Assembly (NCBI GenBank): GCA_973895155.1
Contig: OZ316898.1
Coordinates: forward strand, 17,412,752 to 17,476,751
Source: Marsupella aquatica
Lineage: Eukaryota > Plantae > Marchantiophyta
Reading direction: 5' to 3'
Length of the DNA stretch: 64,000 nt
Below are positions 1 to 12,300 of the stretch, one piece after another (position 1 is the stretch's first letter; every line of letters starts with the position of its first letter). Made by a program: the position numbers and the translations under genes. The notes below the pieces were generated by a model that was given only the letters and a program-made list of their open reading frames with translations, did not search any database and had not been told where the DNA came from.

Positions 1-225
1 CAGAGGAAGAAAGATCTTCTCTCCTGTGTCTGGGTGGATCGCAGCATCCTTAATCTTCCGAGCTTTCTCAAGCTGCTTGGAAGGTATGTCTGTCTTTCTG
101 CCTTCGTCATAGGCCTTCAACAATTCCACAGCAGCATCCACATTCGCATCTGTGACAAACGCAGTTCTAATGTCCATCATGTTGAAGATCCTCTGCACCC
201 TTGCCCAGTACGTCCCTTCGTCCAT
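1..225 (-). CDS. Sideroflexin (SFXN/Fsf1-family mitochondrial inner-membrane transporter), N-terminal part; continues beyond the left window edge
   Basis: Manual translation of the minus strand from ATG at 225: MDEGTYWARVQRIFNMMDIRTAFVTDANVDAAVELLKAYDEGRKTDIPSKQLEKARKIKDAAIHPDTGEKIFLPL. It has the sideroflexin N-terminal pattern (D..TYW.R...F...D.R) and the hallmark HPDTGE motif. The true start may lie in an upstream exon (CAG|G ATG). Confidence 0.85.
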   Translation of the reverse strand, partial: MDEGTYWARVQRIFNMMDIRTAFVTDANVDAAVELLKAYDEGRKTDIPSKQLEKARKIKDAAIHPDTGEKIFLPL

Positions 226-2675
226 CCTGTCTCCTCTTATTAGCTCTCGACCGTTCTGACCGACAACGACTCGACTGTGACAGAAGATTTCACGAAGTTC
301 TCCTCCTCTTGTTGCCGGTCCGAACCAAGCTATTCGCAGGTGGATTTCGAAATCAGGAATTTTCCATTCTACGCCCCAAAATTAGGCGTGGCATTTCAAT
401 GATAAATGACTGGATTTAAACATTGTCACTTCTCCATTCCACGAAATCCTTCGCCGAATGTGGTCTGCAGTCATACACACAAGAGATGGACAATCAGTCA
501 AGCTCCTTAAATCATGTGTTTGCCGAAGCAAACGAGAGAAACAGGGACGGCCGTCTTAACTTTTCTACGTAAGTACCGCCTAGGTTTCTCGATGGATAGA
601 GAGATATGTGTCAATCACGAACAGTGGATCTCATCCACAATCCAGAACGAGAGAAGCACACCTAAATTCAGAATGGTCAGAGCTGAAAGGCGTCGCGTCT
701 TTAAAAACAATATTGCGGATCAATTTCAAAACATTATGCAACACAAGAACAATGAAACCAAGGGCTCCTTCCTACAAGCATACACTGAATACCTGGCGAT
801 CAACTTCAAACGTTTGACAATGTGCGAATTGAGGACGGAAAAGAGAGTCTGTAAGTCTGGATTCAAATCTTGTTAAGCATTATTTCATACGATTCTATCT
901 CTGGCTATAAACATCATTCACTTTTATTCTCCGGAGTCTCTGTCGCTGGATTTAACCACGATAAGCTACAGTGATATAAATTAAGATTAACAAGTATGGG
1001 AAAGAGTGCGTCGATGAAGCCCAAAGAGATCGAGATTTGTGGCAGTCACGACACAAGCAGAAAGGGCATCCAGCAAAGAGAAACATACAGAAAAATTTGG
1101 GAACAATTCACGATCGGCTGCCAACGGAGGATGGCTAACGCCGGAATGGCCAAATGATTCCTGAAAAAATTCCAAGCTGGGAAGGGAGGGGAAGGACCAG
1201 AGAAGAGACGCGGAGATCCCCGGAAAAACAAAAAGAATGAGCTTGTTTCAGCAACAGGCAGGAGCGGACAGAGCGGAGAGAGAATGGGCGACTAGCTCCA
1301 AACTCCATAACCGTACCATAGTCAAGGAAAGCTTTAGTTCTCAGGAAATCTCCACAGGAACAGAAAGCACCTCAAAGGAGAGGCAACGATTCAAACGAGC
1401 CACAGATCATCCAAACAAGGGATAGCCGAGAGCCCACTCCACGAGCAAATTGAGACAAGAGCCAGATCGCCCTTCAAATCATCAGCCCCAGGGAACAAGC
1501 GAGCAGGAAGGCAAGCACCTTCCTGAGTCATAATAGAAGCCAAAACAGAAGCCCACCACCAGGAGACAACCCGGCATTCTTGCAGGCAGACAGGCAACCA
1601 AGAATGACTGCCGCAGAAAAAAAGACACAAACATGAAGGCAAGAAAGAAATGGGAGGCAGACGAGTCACAAATGCAAACCACCAAAAACAGCCTATTGTC
1701 CTGATAAGTCACTCACCCACAAAGAGGAGGCGGGACGACAGTATTGGCAGAAAATGCCCGCTCCGGTCGTTAAGGGAGTGAATCCTCCTTCTCCACCAGG
1801 CTCCAGAACTACTGCTTGACAACGTACGCCGCCACCCCCTTCCTTCCGCTTGCGTAGGAAGTTCCAGTGAACTCACACAACCTCCAGAGAAAGGAGACAC
1901 GAGAAGCTCTTGCAGCACATAGAGTCTCCACATAACAAACCCCCCCGTCGCTGATGAGAAGAATTGAACCATATCACTAATACCACCCCCTGAAAATGCG
2001 TCGACAGATAACGAGTGGAGGGAGCAGGACGGGGATGAGATCACGAGAGAGTGGACAGGACACGCCACAGGAAGGAAAGAAGCACTCATCCGTCAGTCAC
2101 AGGGAGGACGGAAACGATCCATCCATTGTCAATGTGCTGTATGCAATCTTCTATACGACGTAGCCTACTACGCTACGCTTTCAGAATGCTTAGCAAAGCA
2201 AGGCAAAGAACTTTGCAAAAGGCAATGGCGAGTGTTAATGTGAGCGCCGCCATCTTCTTTCCTCATTCAAGCTCGCCCACTGCTCTCGATCGCTGCCTCC
2301 GCTGCTACTCTCTGCTCCCTCTATCAATCCACGAAGAAGATGACCCATTTGCCCTGAGTGTGAAATCAAATTTGTGTCAAACATGGAAATGGATCTTCGA
2401 TTTGTGGCATCTCTCCAGCTCCCGTCGTCCACTCTAGCTCTTTTTTTTTCTCTCTCTCGCTCTCTGATGTGGGTCTCTCTGTCTGTGTTGTCTCTCTGCG
2501 CGCCACCCGGGGATTCAATTTTCGAAACAAAGCTTTCTGCTGCAGAGAGTGGGCAGCCCACATGCAAGCTCATCAGTGGATTTGGTCGTGGGGCCACCAA
2601 TGCTCGATTCGATGTCACAATTCACACATGTACACTCAATTCCATAGAGTATGCAACCAACCACTCAAGTTCCAG

Positions 2676-2911
2676 TTCATTGAACATGAATACAGATTAC
2701 CCATCCTTTGAAAGTGAATAGGGGAGAGTACAATAAAAATGTTATCAAAATGTATTTTCTTACATATTCTTTGAAAGTTAATGAAATGATAAATTCATTG
2801 AACATAAATACAGATTACCCATTCTTTGAAAGTGAATAGTGGAGAGTACAATAAAAATGTTATCAAAATATATTTTCTTACATATTCTTTGAAAGTTAAT
2901 GAAATGATAAA
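2676..2911. repeat. Tandem duplication, 2 x ~118 bp, AT-rich
   Basis: ttcattgaacat(g/a)aatacagattaccca...gaaagttaatgaaatgataaa occurs at ~2676 and ~2794 with few mismatches. Confidence 0.9.
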
Positions 2912-3263
2912 AAAACTCATCATTTTAGTGGTCATATAAAATATATCATTCTCTTTCTATGCACATATGTTGTGGTGGGGCCATAGTGCAGTTTTTGAAT
3001 ATCAATACTTAGAAATTATCACAAAAAACTTGCATGTTTGAATTGACATACATAGATCATAGTCATGAGTTTTTCCCATGCACATGAGTTTTTCCATACA
3101 CGTGATGACCATGGAGTTAAGGTCTAGAGGCTTCACTCTAGATCTAGGTTCTTGAAAGTAGACTTCTCTTGGCGCTTTTATAATAAGATGAGGAAAGGGG
3201 ACAAAAAACCTTCATTACAAGTTCAAAAAATAGAGATGAGGTATACCAGTAATGCATGTGGTC

Positions 3264-5100
3264 CTAGTTATGAGAGTGGCACAAAATTTTGTCCCTGTTA
3301 TGAGAGTGCACAAAAAATGTTACTATGGACTTCAAATGTTCTGTATTTTTACAATGCTCAAATGACCAACCATTCTTCCTCTTCCAACCCAATCCGAATA
3401 GGGTCTTAACAAATGGTTTGAACTCACTATTCTCATTGCACATTGGCACCCCATCAACAAGTACCTGATAAGCCTTGGAAATGACATCACTTGTCCATTG
3501 CACGGGGCTGGCCTTGACTGGTAAGTTCACGGCTGGTGATCTAGCAACAAAATCCGTGATCAGGGATGTAGTAGTTATTTTCCACGGTATGTCACATAAA
3601 CAGAGATTCCAGTCCCATCGCTTGCAAATTAGCTCAAAGGATCAGTTTCTTGTGAGGGGAGCTAGGAATCTTGGCACTTGCCGGGCGACATGGAGGAATA
3701 TGTAATAATTCTACGACTTTAACTTGTGCTGATGGAGTTGCGACACCTTGCCTACATGATGGTTTGGCATGAACTTGCCAAGGCATAGTACCTTGCATTG
3801 TAGGGACGAGACAATATAGCCCTACTCTACCAAAAGGTCTTCACGTCGTCTACCCCTGGGCCTCGACATTGTGGAGGTTCAATGGGGAGCCTAAAAGTTG
3901 TTGATCATTGTATATCTACAGCTAATCATACCACCCATCAGAGTCAAAGTCAGTATCATCATTGTTCTACGAATCACTGGGATGATCGGCCTCATGACAA
4001 GCTCTCCCCTCCTCCTTTAGTCTCTCCATATAATTGGCCCAGCTCCTTGCCCGCTCCCTCTGTCATTTCTTTAGGGCCTTCTTGGTAGCCAGGACTCGGG
4101 CGGTACAATGCACTATTGTTTCCTCCTGCTCCAAAGGTGGTGGTGGAGTGGCTTGTTCTCGTTCAGGCTGCCCCATAGTGGCGAGATGAGGGTTTGGTGC
4201 AAGGACCTAGTTAAGGCCTGCCTTTGCACCATCCATTTGCTTTGGATGAGCCATGGAGGAGGTAAGGAAGCTAAATTTGAGCAATGATAACATAGAAGCT
4301 GGGGTAGAAACTTGGTTGGCTGCAATGTGTTTAGGGTTTTAGATGAGGTCTCTACAACAAGAACCAAGGTAGGTGAGGTTGGTCACTTTCTATCGACAAT
4401 TATGGTGTGCAGAACCCAGTTTCTCTATGTTTATATGCAATTCTCTATAGGGTACAGATCTTGAAACAATCTTCATATTTGAAGCACTTGGGTCCACCAA
4501 TTTTAACGTTCTTTAATTGCTTGAAGCCGTTAGTGTGCATCCCTATCAGTGTTAGTCCCAATCACTTGTGTTTCATAGACTCGCGCTCAAACTTGCTCAT
4601 ATATATGGGAGCTATATAGATGCTATCACGGTATGATAATAGGACCCAGGCTAGGTGTAAGCCCTCTCTAGCTTGGGCCAACCAATTTGTCCAATAATCA
4701 TAACCACACCTTCACATTAAATGACCATATCACATAATCACGAGGCATGATTGAAGTCTCGTGATTCTTGTGGATCCTCACCCCTAGGGCCCTCACTTAC
4801 GTTGGAGTTTAGCAACAAGCAAGTGTATGGTTTCCTTACATAACAAACTCACTTAAGGTAAGTTGTACACCTACATCCGTCGATCAATGTCGAGCAGTTG
4901 CCACGCATGGACCCTATATTGTGATTCTTCCAGGTAATGACACTTCACAAAGTGATAATATGCGACTTGCACTCATTGATTTACATAAATTAAGTAGGTT
5001 CATCATGGTATGTAATCGTGCCTTACATCATGTATGTAACATTGTGATGTAGAGTTACCTGTATTGCACATCTAAACTGCCCTCCACTTTTTCAGGCTTT
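3264..5100 (-). mobile_element. Possible highly degenerate transposon-derived ORF remnant
   Basis: Stop-ridden minus-strand frames include a protein-like segment (LITDFVARSPAVNLPVKASPVQWTSDVISKAYQVLVDG...GLGWKRKNGW). No catalytic motif was recognised. Confidence 0.25.
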
Positions 5101-5374
5101 CATTCAACTCACAACTCCAACACAATTTGCGCATATTGTTTACTTAGGGACGGTTTTTTGTGAGAGACGCTCTTAGGTAGAGCAAAATGTAACAAAATTT
5201 GCTAAACAACACATTATGTTGAAGCCCTTGGCCCAAGATATGTGTTGGAAAGTGGGTTTATCAATAAACTTGTTAAATAATATGCTCAAGTTGTAGTTCA
5301 AGATTACTTTTGTACGTCTTGCTTCCTAATGAAATATTGTGAGTAAAGGTTGAGGAGGTTTACTAACCCATCAT

Positions 5375-5987
5375 TACAAAGGATAGCTAGGCTGAAGCAA
5401 GAGTGATAACAATAGATCAACATTTTTGGCATATATTGAGAAACCCAAGTTCCGAAAGGTTATTGAAATTTTGGAGAGGCCAAACAACATTGAGGAATCA
5501 TGCTACTTAACAAGACCGCAAGCTTCCTGTCCTAAGCAAAACCTGGTACAATATAGTCAGTGGGAATTTTTACTTATGCTATACTTCATGAGAACACACA
5601 ATTGACAATCAAAGGCGTATAGGTAGATTGGAGAGAAGGAACTTACTAGCTCAACTCAATTCTGACCAGTACAACGACACTTTGACCGATCAAAGGTGTA
5701 TGGTAAACAGGAACTTACGGGCTCAACGCAATGCTAAATCCTAAACCCTAACATGTTTACTTAGGATCAATCATGGGATCAATGTGTAGAGGAACTTACA
5801 GACTCAACCCAATTCTCACTACTACAACCAATTATGAATGACACAATTCTGATTAGTAGGACGATTCCTCAATGTTGCTTGGTCTCTCTGGAATTTCAAT
5901 AGCCTTCTTGAACTTGGGTTCTCAATATATGCCAAGAATGTCGATCTATTTTTGCCACTCTTGCTTCAGCCTAGCTATCCTTCGTAG
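5375..5987. repeat. Inverted repeat (~130-bp arms) enclosing short internal repeats; foldback/MITE-like
   Basis: 5375-5508 (aaggatagctaggctgaagcaagagtg...cattgaggaatc) matches the reverse complement of 5854-5987 with scattered mismatches. Internal ggaacttac...ctcaac repeats lie at ~5637, ~5710 and ~5791. Confidence 0.85.
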
Positions 5988-6039
5988 CATTCTCTTTGTC
6001 CCACCCTTCGTCTCCCATACTCTCCCCTGCCCTTCCCTT

Positions 6040-8215
6040 GTTGGATCCCCATAGATATCCACGTAGACATGGAGTACTAAGCTAACCAGTATTAGCAGTG
6101 TAAAAATGACTTTCTATCATTGGTAGGACTACAAAATGTGACCAAAAGTGGAGCAATTCCAATTTCATGCTAAGCGTGGTTTAAGGTTTAGACCACGCAC
6201 CATGGTCAGTGGCAGTGGTAACTCGGTCAGCCCTAGAGGGTAAGAGGTAGCTACAAAATAGTAGGCCAGCCTCCCCTCACTACCTTTCCCTTGTTAAATC
6301 CCAAACATATCTAGGGAGACACAAATTAAGTACTACTCAGGGTACTACTCTAACCAGGGTCAACAGGTAGAAAAGACTTACAATCCCCAATGGGACGGAA
6401 AGTCGGGGTACTCCAATTACTTATTTATGTAAGTACAATATATTAGTGAAGGCCAATTTGTATAAGAAATTAAAGTTCTTTAGAGAGCTCGATCTTGGCT
6501 GGCCTTGCACTCTAGTGCCAATGGTCACCTGGTCAGCCATTTCGGTTAGCCCTAGAGGGTTAGAGGTATCAGAGTAGTCAGCCCACCCTCCCCTGCCTTG
6601 TCCGATCCCAAGAGGTATCCATGGAGACACGGATTACTACTCTAACCAGGGTCAGCCGTTAGAAAGGACTTGCAATCCCCAATGGGATTGAAAGTGGGGG
6701 AGAGATGTACTTAGAATCCATGGAGACACATAGTATGAGTGCTTGAGAGTAAAAAAGTTTTGTAGAGAACTGTCTTACTTAGCGGGCCTTGCACTTTGGT
6801 ACCGATGGTAACTTGAGTTAGCTGTAGAAAATTAGAGGTCGCCACACATTAGTCAGCCCATCCTCCCCTGCCTTTCCCTTGTCCACTACTTAGCTGGCCT
6901 TGCACTCCAGTGCCAATGGTAACTCAGGTTAGCCCTAGAAGGTTAGATGTAGCCACACAGTATTCAACCCGCCCTCCCCTTGTCAAAGCCTCACACTCTT
7001 CCATAGAGACATGGAGTACTAGAGCTGAAGACTAAAAAGTTCTTTAGAAACCTGTCTTACTTAGCTGGCCTTGCACTCTGGTCTCGATGGTAACTTGGGT
7101 TAGCCCTACAAGGTCAGAGGTAGCCACACCAGTAGTCAGCCCATTGTCCCCTACCTTTCCCTCGTCCACTACTCGGTGGCCTTGCCCTCTGGTACCGATG
7201 GTAACTTGGGTTAGCTGTAAAAGGTTAGAGTTAGCCACACAATAGTTAGCCTGTCCTCCCCTGCCTTTCCCTCGTCCACTACTTAGCTGGCCTTGCACTC
7301 CGGTACCAATATTAACTCGGGTTAACCCTAGAAGGCTAGAGGTAATCACACATTATTTGGTGGCCTTACACTCCGGTTAACCCTAGAAATTTAGAGTTAA
7401 TCACACATTATTTTGGTGGCCCTGTACTCAGGTAAATCCTAGAAGGTTAGAGGTAATCACACATTATTTTGGTGGCCTTGCACTTGGGTACCGATGGTAA
7501 CTCGAGTTAGCTATAGAAGGTTACAGGTAACCAACCACACATTAGTCAGCCAGTCCTCCCCTGCCTTTCCCTTGTCCACTCCTTCGGTGGCCTTGCACTC
7601 CAGTACCGATGGTAGCTCGAGTTAACCCTGGAATGAATGCTAGAGGAAATCACACATTACTGATGATAACTCGGGTTAGCTCAGTCTAGAAGGTTAGAGA
7701 TAACCTTACACTAGACAGCCCATCCTCCCCTGCCTTTCCCTCGTCCACTACTTCGGTGGCCTTGCACTCCACTACCGATGGTAACTTGAGTTACATTACC
7801 GATGATAACTCGGGTTAGCTCTAGAAGGTTAGAGGTAACCAAACAATAGTCATCCACTACTTTGGTGGCCCTTGCACTCCACTACTGATGGTAACTCGAG
7901 TTACATTACCGATGATAACTCGGGTTAGCTCTAGAAGGTTAGAGGTAACCACGCAATAGTCATCCACTACTTTGGTGGCCTTGTACTCCACTACCATTGG
8001 TAACTCGAGTTACATTACCAATGATAACTCGAGTTAGCTCTAGAAGGTTAGAGGTAACCACGCAATAGTCATCCTCTACTTTGGTTTGGTGGCCTTGTAC
8101 TCCACTACCGATGCTAACTCGGGTTAGCTCTAGAAGGTTATTAGAGGTAACCACGCAATAGTGAGCCCGTCCCGCCCCTGCCCATACGCATCCATGGAGA
8201 CACGGAGTACGAGCG
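6040..8215. repeat. Degenerate tandem array (~16 copies, 55-130 bp units) immediately upstream of HUB1
   Basis: Recurring core ggccttgcactcc..taccgatggtaactcgggttagc.ctagaaggttagaggta.ccacac, plus a recurring ccatggagacacggagtac block. Confidence 0.92.
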
Positions 8216-9319
8216 CTGGAGAGGGACGAGGGAGTGGGGGAGAGAGGAAGGGGGCGAGAAGGGAGAGTGGGGCGAAGAAGGGGAAGATTGTCGGGAGACG
8301 AGAGGAATGGAGATTGACGCCCGAAGGTGCAACAGGAGGAGGAGGAGAAGAAGGCCAGAAGAAGCAGTCGTGGAGGAGCGTTGTCGAAGAGGAGGAGGAG
8401 GAGGAGGAGACGATTATTTCGGCCTCGGGTTGTCGACTGATGAGGGTTGTTGCTGCGTTCTTCGTCATCTTTCTCGTCGTCGTCCACTATTCCTCTCATT
8501 GACGCCTGCTTCTTCTTCTGTCGGCCAATCTCACATTTGTGGAGTTTCGGTTTCGCTCGCTGCACTTCTCCGGATCGCTGCGTATTATTTGTAGCAATTT
8601 CCGCGCCTCTCGCGCACCTTGGAGTTCCATTCGGGGTCTTGTCCCGACTCTGCCCATCCACTGCCCGTGTGGTTTAGGGGTGATGACCACTTCTGCCTTC
8701 TCCGGATTTCTTCTCAGGACGTCGATGACGACGTCGCATTTTTGATGTTAACCAATTTTTGTGTGTAGTTGGAATGGAGGACTTTTCCTATGCTATTGCT
8801 GTTATGACCCTAGAGTCTGCCTCTTTTTCGCTTTGTTCGGCTGCTCTTTCGTCTCGTCTGCGGTGCGACTCGTCAGCAGCTATACGGGGTGCGATGTAAC
8901 ATTTTAGCCACGGCTTCTACTGCCTCTGCGGAGTTGTGTTTTGCTGGAGTTCCTGGCGTCAGTGGAGAGGCCTTCTACGGATGTGTGATACACTTTTTTC
9001 GGCTCGTCCGTCTCTCCGGAGAGTCATCGCCGAGGGGCGTGAAGCGTGGCAATAGAGTAGAAGTAGGGTTTTCTGTGTCTCTGAACGCGGTGGAAAGGCA
9101 AGGTCATGAACGGCTAGGAAAGGGAAGGGAAGGAAGGGAGGAAGACAAGGGCAAACTGAGGCAAGCCACGACGCATGTTGGGAGGTCTTTCTCGAAAGTA
9201 TTACTGTAATTTTAGAGTTTTTTTGGTGATTGCTTCTGGTTGTCGAACTGGAGTTCGTACGGGCAGCTGTTGTAAGCAAGCGAAGGCCCGATAATGCGCC
9301 GCTTCAGGCCCGGAGTAGC

Positions 9320-12300
9320 ATGGGAAGCACTGAGGAACCTGAGAGGAAGCGGCGCCCTCTTCATGATCATACCGCCTCTCCCCCTCTCAAGAAGCAACCC
9401 ATGGCTCCCTCTTCAGAAGAGAAAAAGGTAAGCTTATTTTTAGACCTCACAATTTCATACCATTGGCTGCAGTAGGGTTGTGGTGCATTCCTACCTAGTT
9501 TATCGTTGTGAAACTGGCACCCTCTTCCGTCCCTACAAGAATTGTATCAGTGCGTGCCTCACCATTCGTGAAATTTGTCGCGAAGGTTTAGGAAGCCACG
9601 CGTTTATCTCCTGGACAGACATATTCTTTTGTTATCTAGATGTAGGGTTTGTGGACTTAGCCAGAGCTGTTCTGCTGTTCATTCTGGCAGTGCCTCTGGT
9701 GTGACTCTGGGTGCCCTTGTGTGGAAAATGTAACATCTGTAATCGCTATTAGTAGGGTTTCTTTAAGGTCATGAACGTCGTTGTCTCCTTCCCTACATCC
9801 AGCGCGTTCCAGGAGAGTTTGGGTGTCCTCGTGAAAGCTGATAGTAGTTCTACTTTGTGACCAGGTCGACGCTCAAGTATTACAATACCAAAACCAGAAA
9901 TTGGCACAACAGTTGGACGTGCAACGGACCGAAATTCATGCACTTGAAACTAGGTTCAATCAATTGAAGTCAAAGCAAGTTTCATACGATGAAAGTCTCA
10001 TGTGTGTGAACCGCGTTTGGAATCAGGTACTTGTGCTGTTCCTTTACCCGCTAGCCTGTCATTGTTTGTTTCGCCGTCGAACATTCCGTTACAAGTGGAA
10101 TGCCACACGACGTCAGGCATAAATGTTGTTTATGTGAATTGACGACGGCAGTGTTTTTCTTCTTCTTCTTCAGTTAGTGGATGATCTGGAGCTGCTCACA
10201 GTCCGTGCCAATGCAACTTGTAATGGAATACGGGTGTTGGAGGCTTCTGCCTCCTCTAAGGGTAATATTGTTTTCCCCTCTGAGCGTCGTCCACGATTCT
10301 TTCTCCTTACTGTCATCTTGGGCTTCGCTCTCGTACGTTGAGTCTGGCACTAGTTAGGACGTCATTTTGACTCGGAAAGATGTGTGCTGCAGAGAGAGTT
10401 CCAGCACCCCCCCCGGAACACACGTTTCTGCACCGACTTTTGGAAACCGGTGCAACAGAAAGCAGCACTTCTGCTGATAACAGCAATTCTGTTGATGCCG
10501 CCCTAAATGTTCGAAAGGCATCCACCGTGAAGACTATGAAATGTCTTGTCCAGGCAATCGATGTTCAGCGCAGCAAAAATGAGGAGCTTGCAAGCTTGTT
10601 GAGAGAAAGGGTCCCCGGTGATGGTAAGTCAACTGTATACCTTCAGTTTCTGTTCTCAGCTTGGGTTGGTCTTGGGTTTGTTTGATTCTTCACTCCCGTT
10701 CCTAAAATTTCAGATCGATGATGCTATGTCAATTTCAGTGTAATAATCTGCACCATTGTCGCTTACGGTTCCCGAAGATGGAGCGTGTACATGGTTGATT
10801 TTGTACTACCTAATTTCAAACAAAGGTCGAAAATCTGCACTTTTTGTTTGTGATGGGCCCAATCCGAAGGTTGAAAGTAGTTACTTCTTTGATTGCGACA
10901 GAGGCTGGGCGCCATCTACAAAGAGTCGATGAAGATCTCCGTGCTGAAATCTCGACCCTTCGGGCAAGCATGGATGCCCTCCATCTTAAGTACAAGGAAA
11001 TTGCTACCGAAATAGGGGTATGCCGAGACGCTCGGGCAAAAGACCAATCAGAAATTGCAAGACTCGCAGGTAAATGCACTGAACCTGAAGGAATAACGAG
11101 GACGTGTGCATTATTAGCCGTTGCGCGTTTTGGTGATTGCTTTATGATTTATAAGAGGCAAAGTACCAACTTCCGTGCTTATGCCCGTTAGTCTGAGCGT
11201 GGTACTGACTCTGTAGACGTTTTTGAAATGCCGTTGCCTTCAGAGACTTGTTGCCAGCAGTAGGGACTCTAGTTTGAGCATCAAAGCATAGGTGCTATAG
11301 TATATCCGGGTTTGCGAGCTATAGGGACCTCTGGTTTAGAGCATCTAAGAACGTGTGCAATAATCTATTCTGGTTTGACAGGCGAGCTTGAAGAGACAAC
11401 CCTTGACCTGGAGGCTAGTAGACGGAAAATGGCATCCCTACGGAATCAGAAAGATGTTGTTGTTGGGCCTCCTACTCCGAGCCCAATTCCAGGAACAAAG
11501 AGTGATCATAGTGAAAGAGGGGCCTCTGAAAAAGCCACAAAAGAGGCTAAGGAGTTAGAGTTTGCTCTAGAGGAAGCCAAGGTTGATCTCTCTTTCTCAC
11601 TCTCTTTTGATTTTCACTATGGAAAGTATGTACAGAGTCTTCGATAGAGTTCTAACTCACCCTATTGCAGATGAGCCCAACAATCCCTCTGGAGCGACAC
11701 TGAGGCTAACTTGCATTGGTGGGATTCTCGTTGATTGTCAGTCCTTAGCAGCAAGGAGACTCACTGAACTTCAAGACTCTCTTCAAACGCAGTTGAATCT
11801 TTCTCAAAAACTGCAACATATGCAGGTATAATGTGCTGCAACCATTGTCATATAGCCTCGGTTACTGATGTAGACTTGGGAGTCCATGCTTTGCCGTCCT
11901 TGCAATTGCTGGGTATGACCTTGTTCCTAGTTGCTGTAGTAGGTCAGGTTGTCTCGGCCTTGTTCTACGCTATGATCTGTGTATTGCAGCTCCGATAGGA
12001 GTATTGAGTTTTTATCGTGGACTGGATCGTGTTTTTTTAGGACCTTTTGGGTGAAGAGCAACGAATACTGTCTTCCCGTCCTTATCAACTGCTCAACGAG
12101 CAAGTACAGCATGCTAGGAGTGAGTCAGACCGCCTTCGGACCGCCAATGAAGAATTACGGGTGAGTCCATCGATTGGGTTTCTAGTAACCATTCCATGTT
12201 GTTTTTGGACGAGAATTACACACCCACTATCCAGTTACAAGTGGTGTCACAATGTTGACCTTTTGTTACGGTTGTGTTTGCAGAAAGATCGTGATGCAGC

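Noticed and set aside
514-2721. ORFs of 60-128 aa upstream of the sideroflexin
   Set aside because: No recognisable domains; the composition fits leader, intron or promoter sequence.
6040-8215. CRISPR-like array
   Set aside because: Units are whole-length degenerate copies without unique spacers, there are no cas genes, and the context is eukaryotic.
7960-8745. Several long ORFs on both strands (e.g. 233 aa at 7960-8661)
   Set aside because: Low-complexity translations of the tandem array and the GA/CT-rich HUB1 leader.
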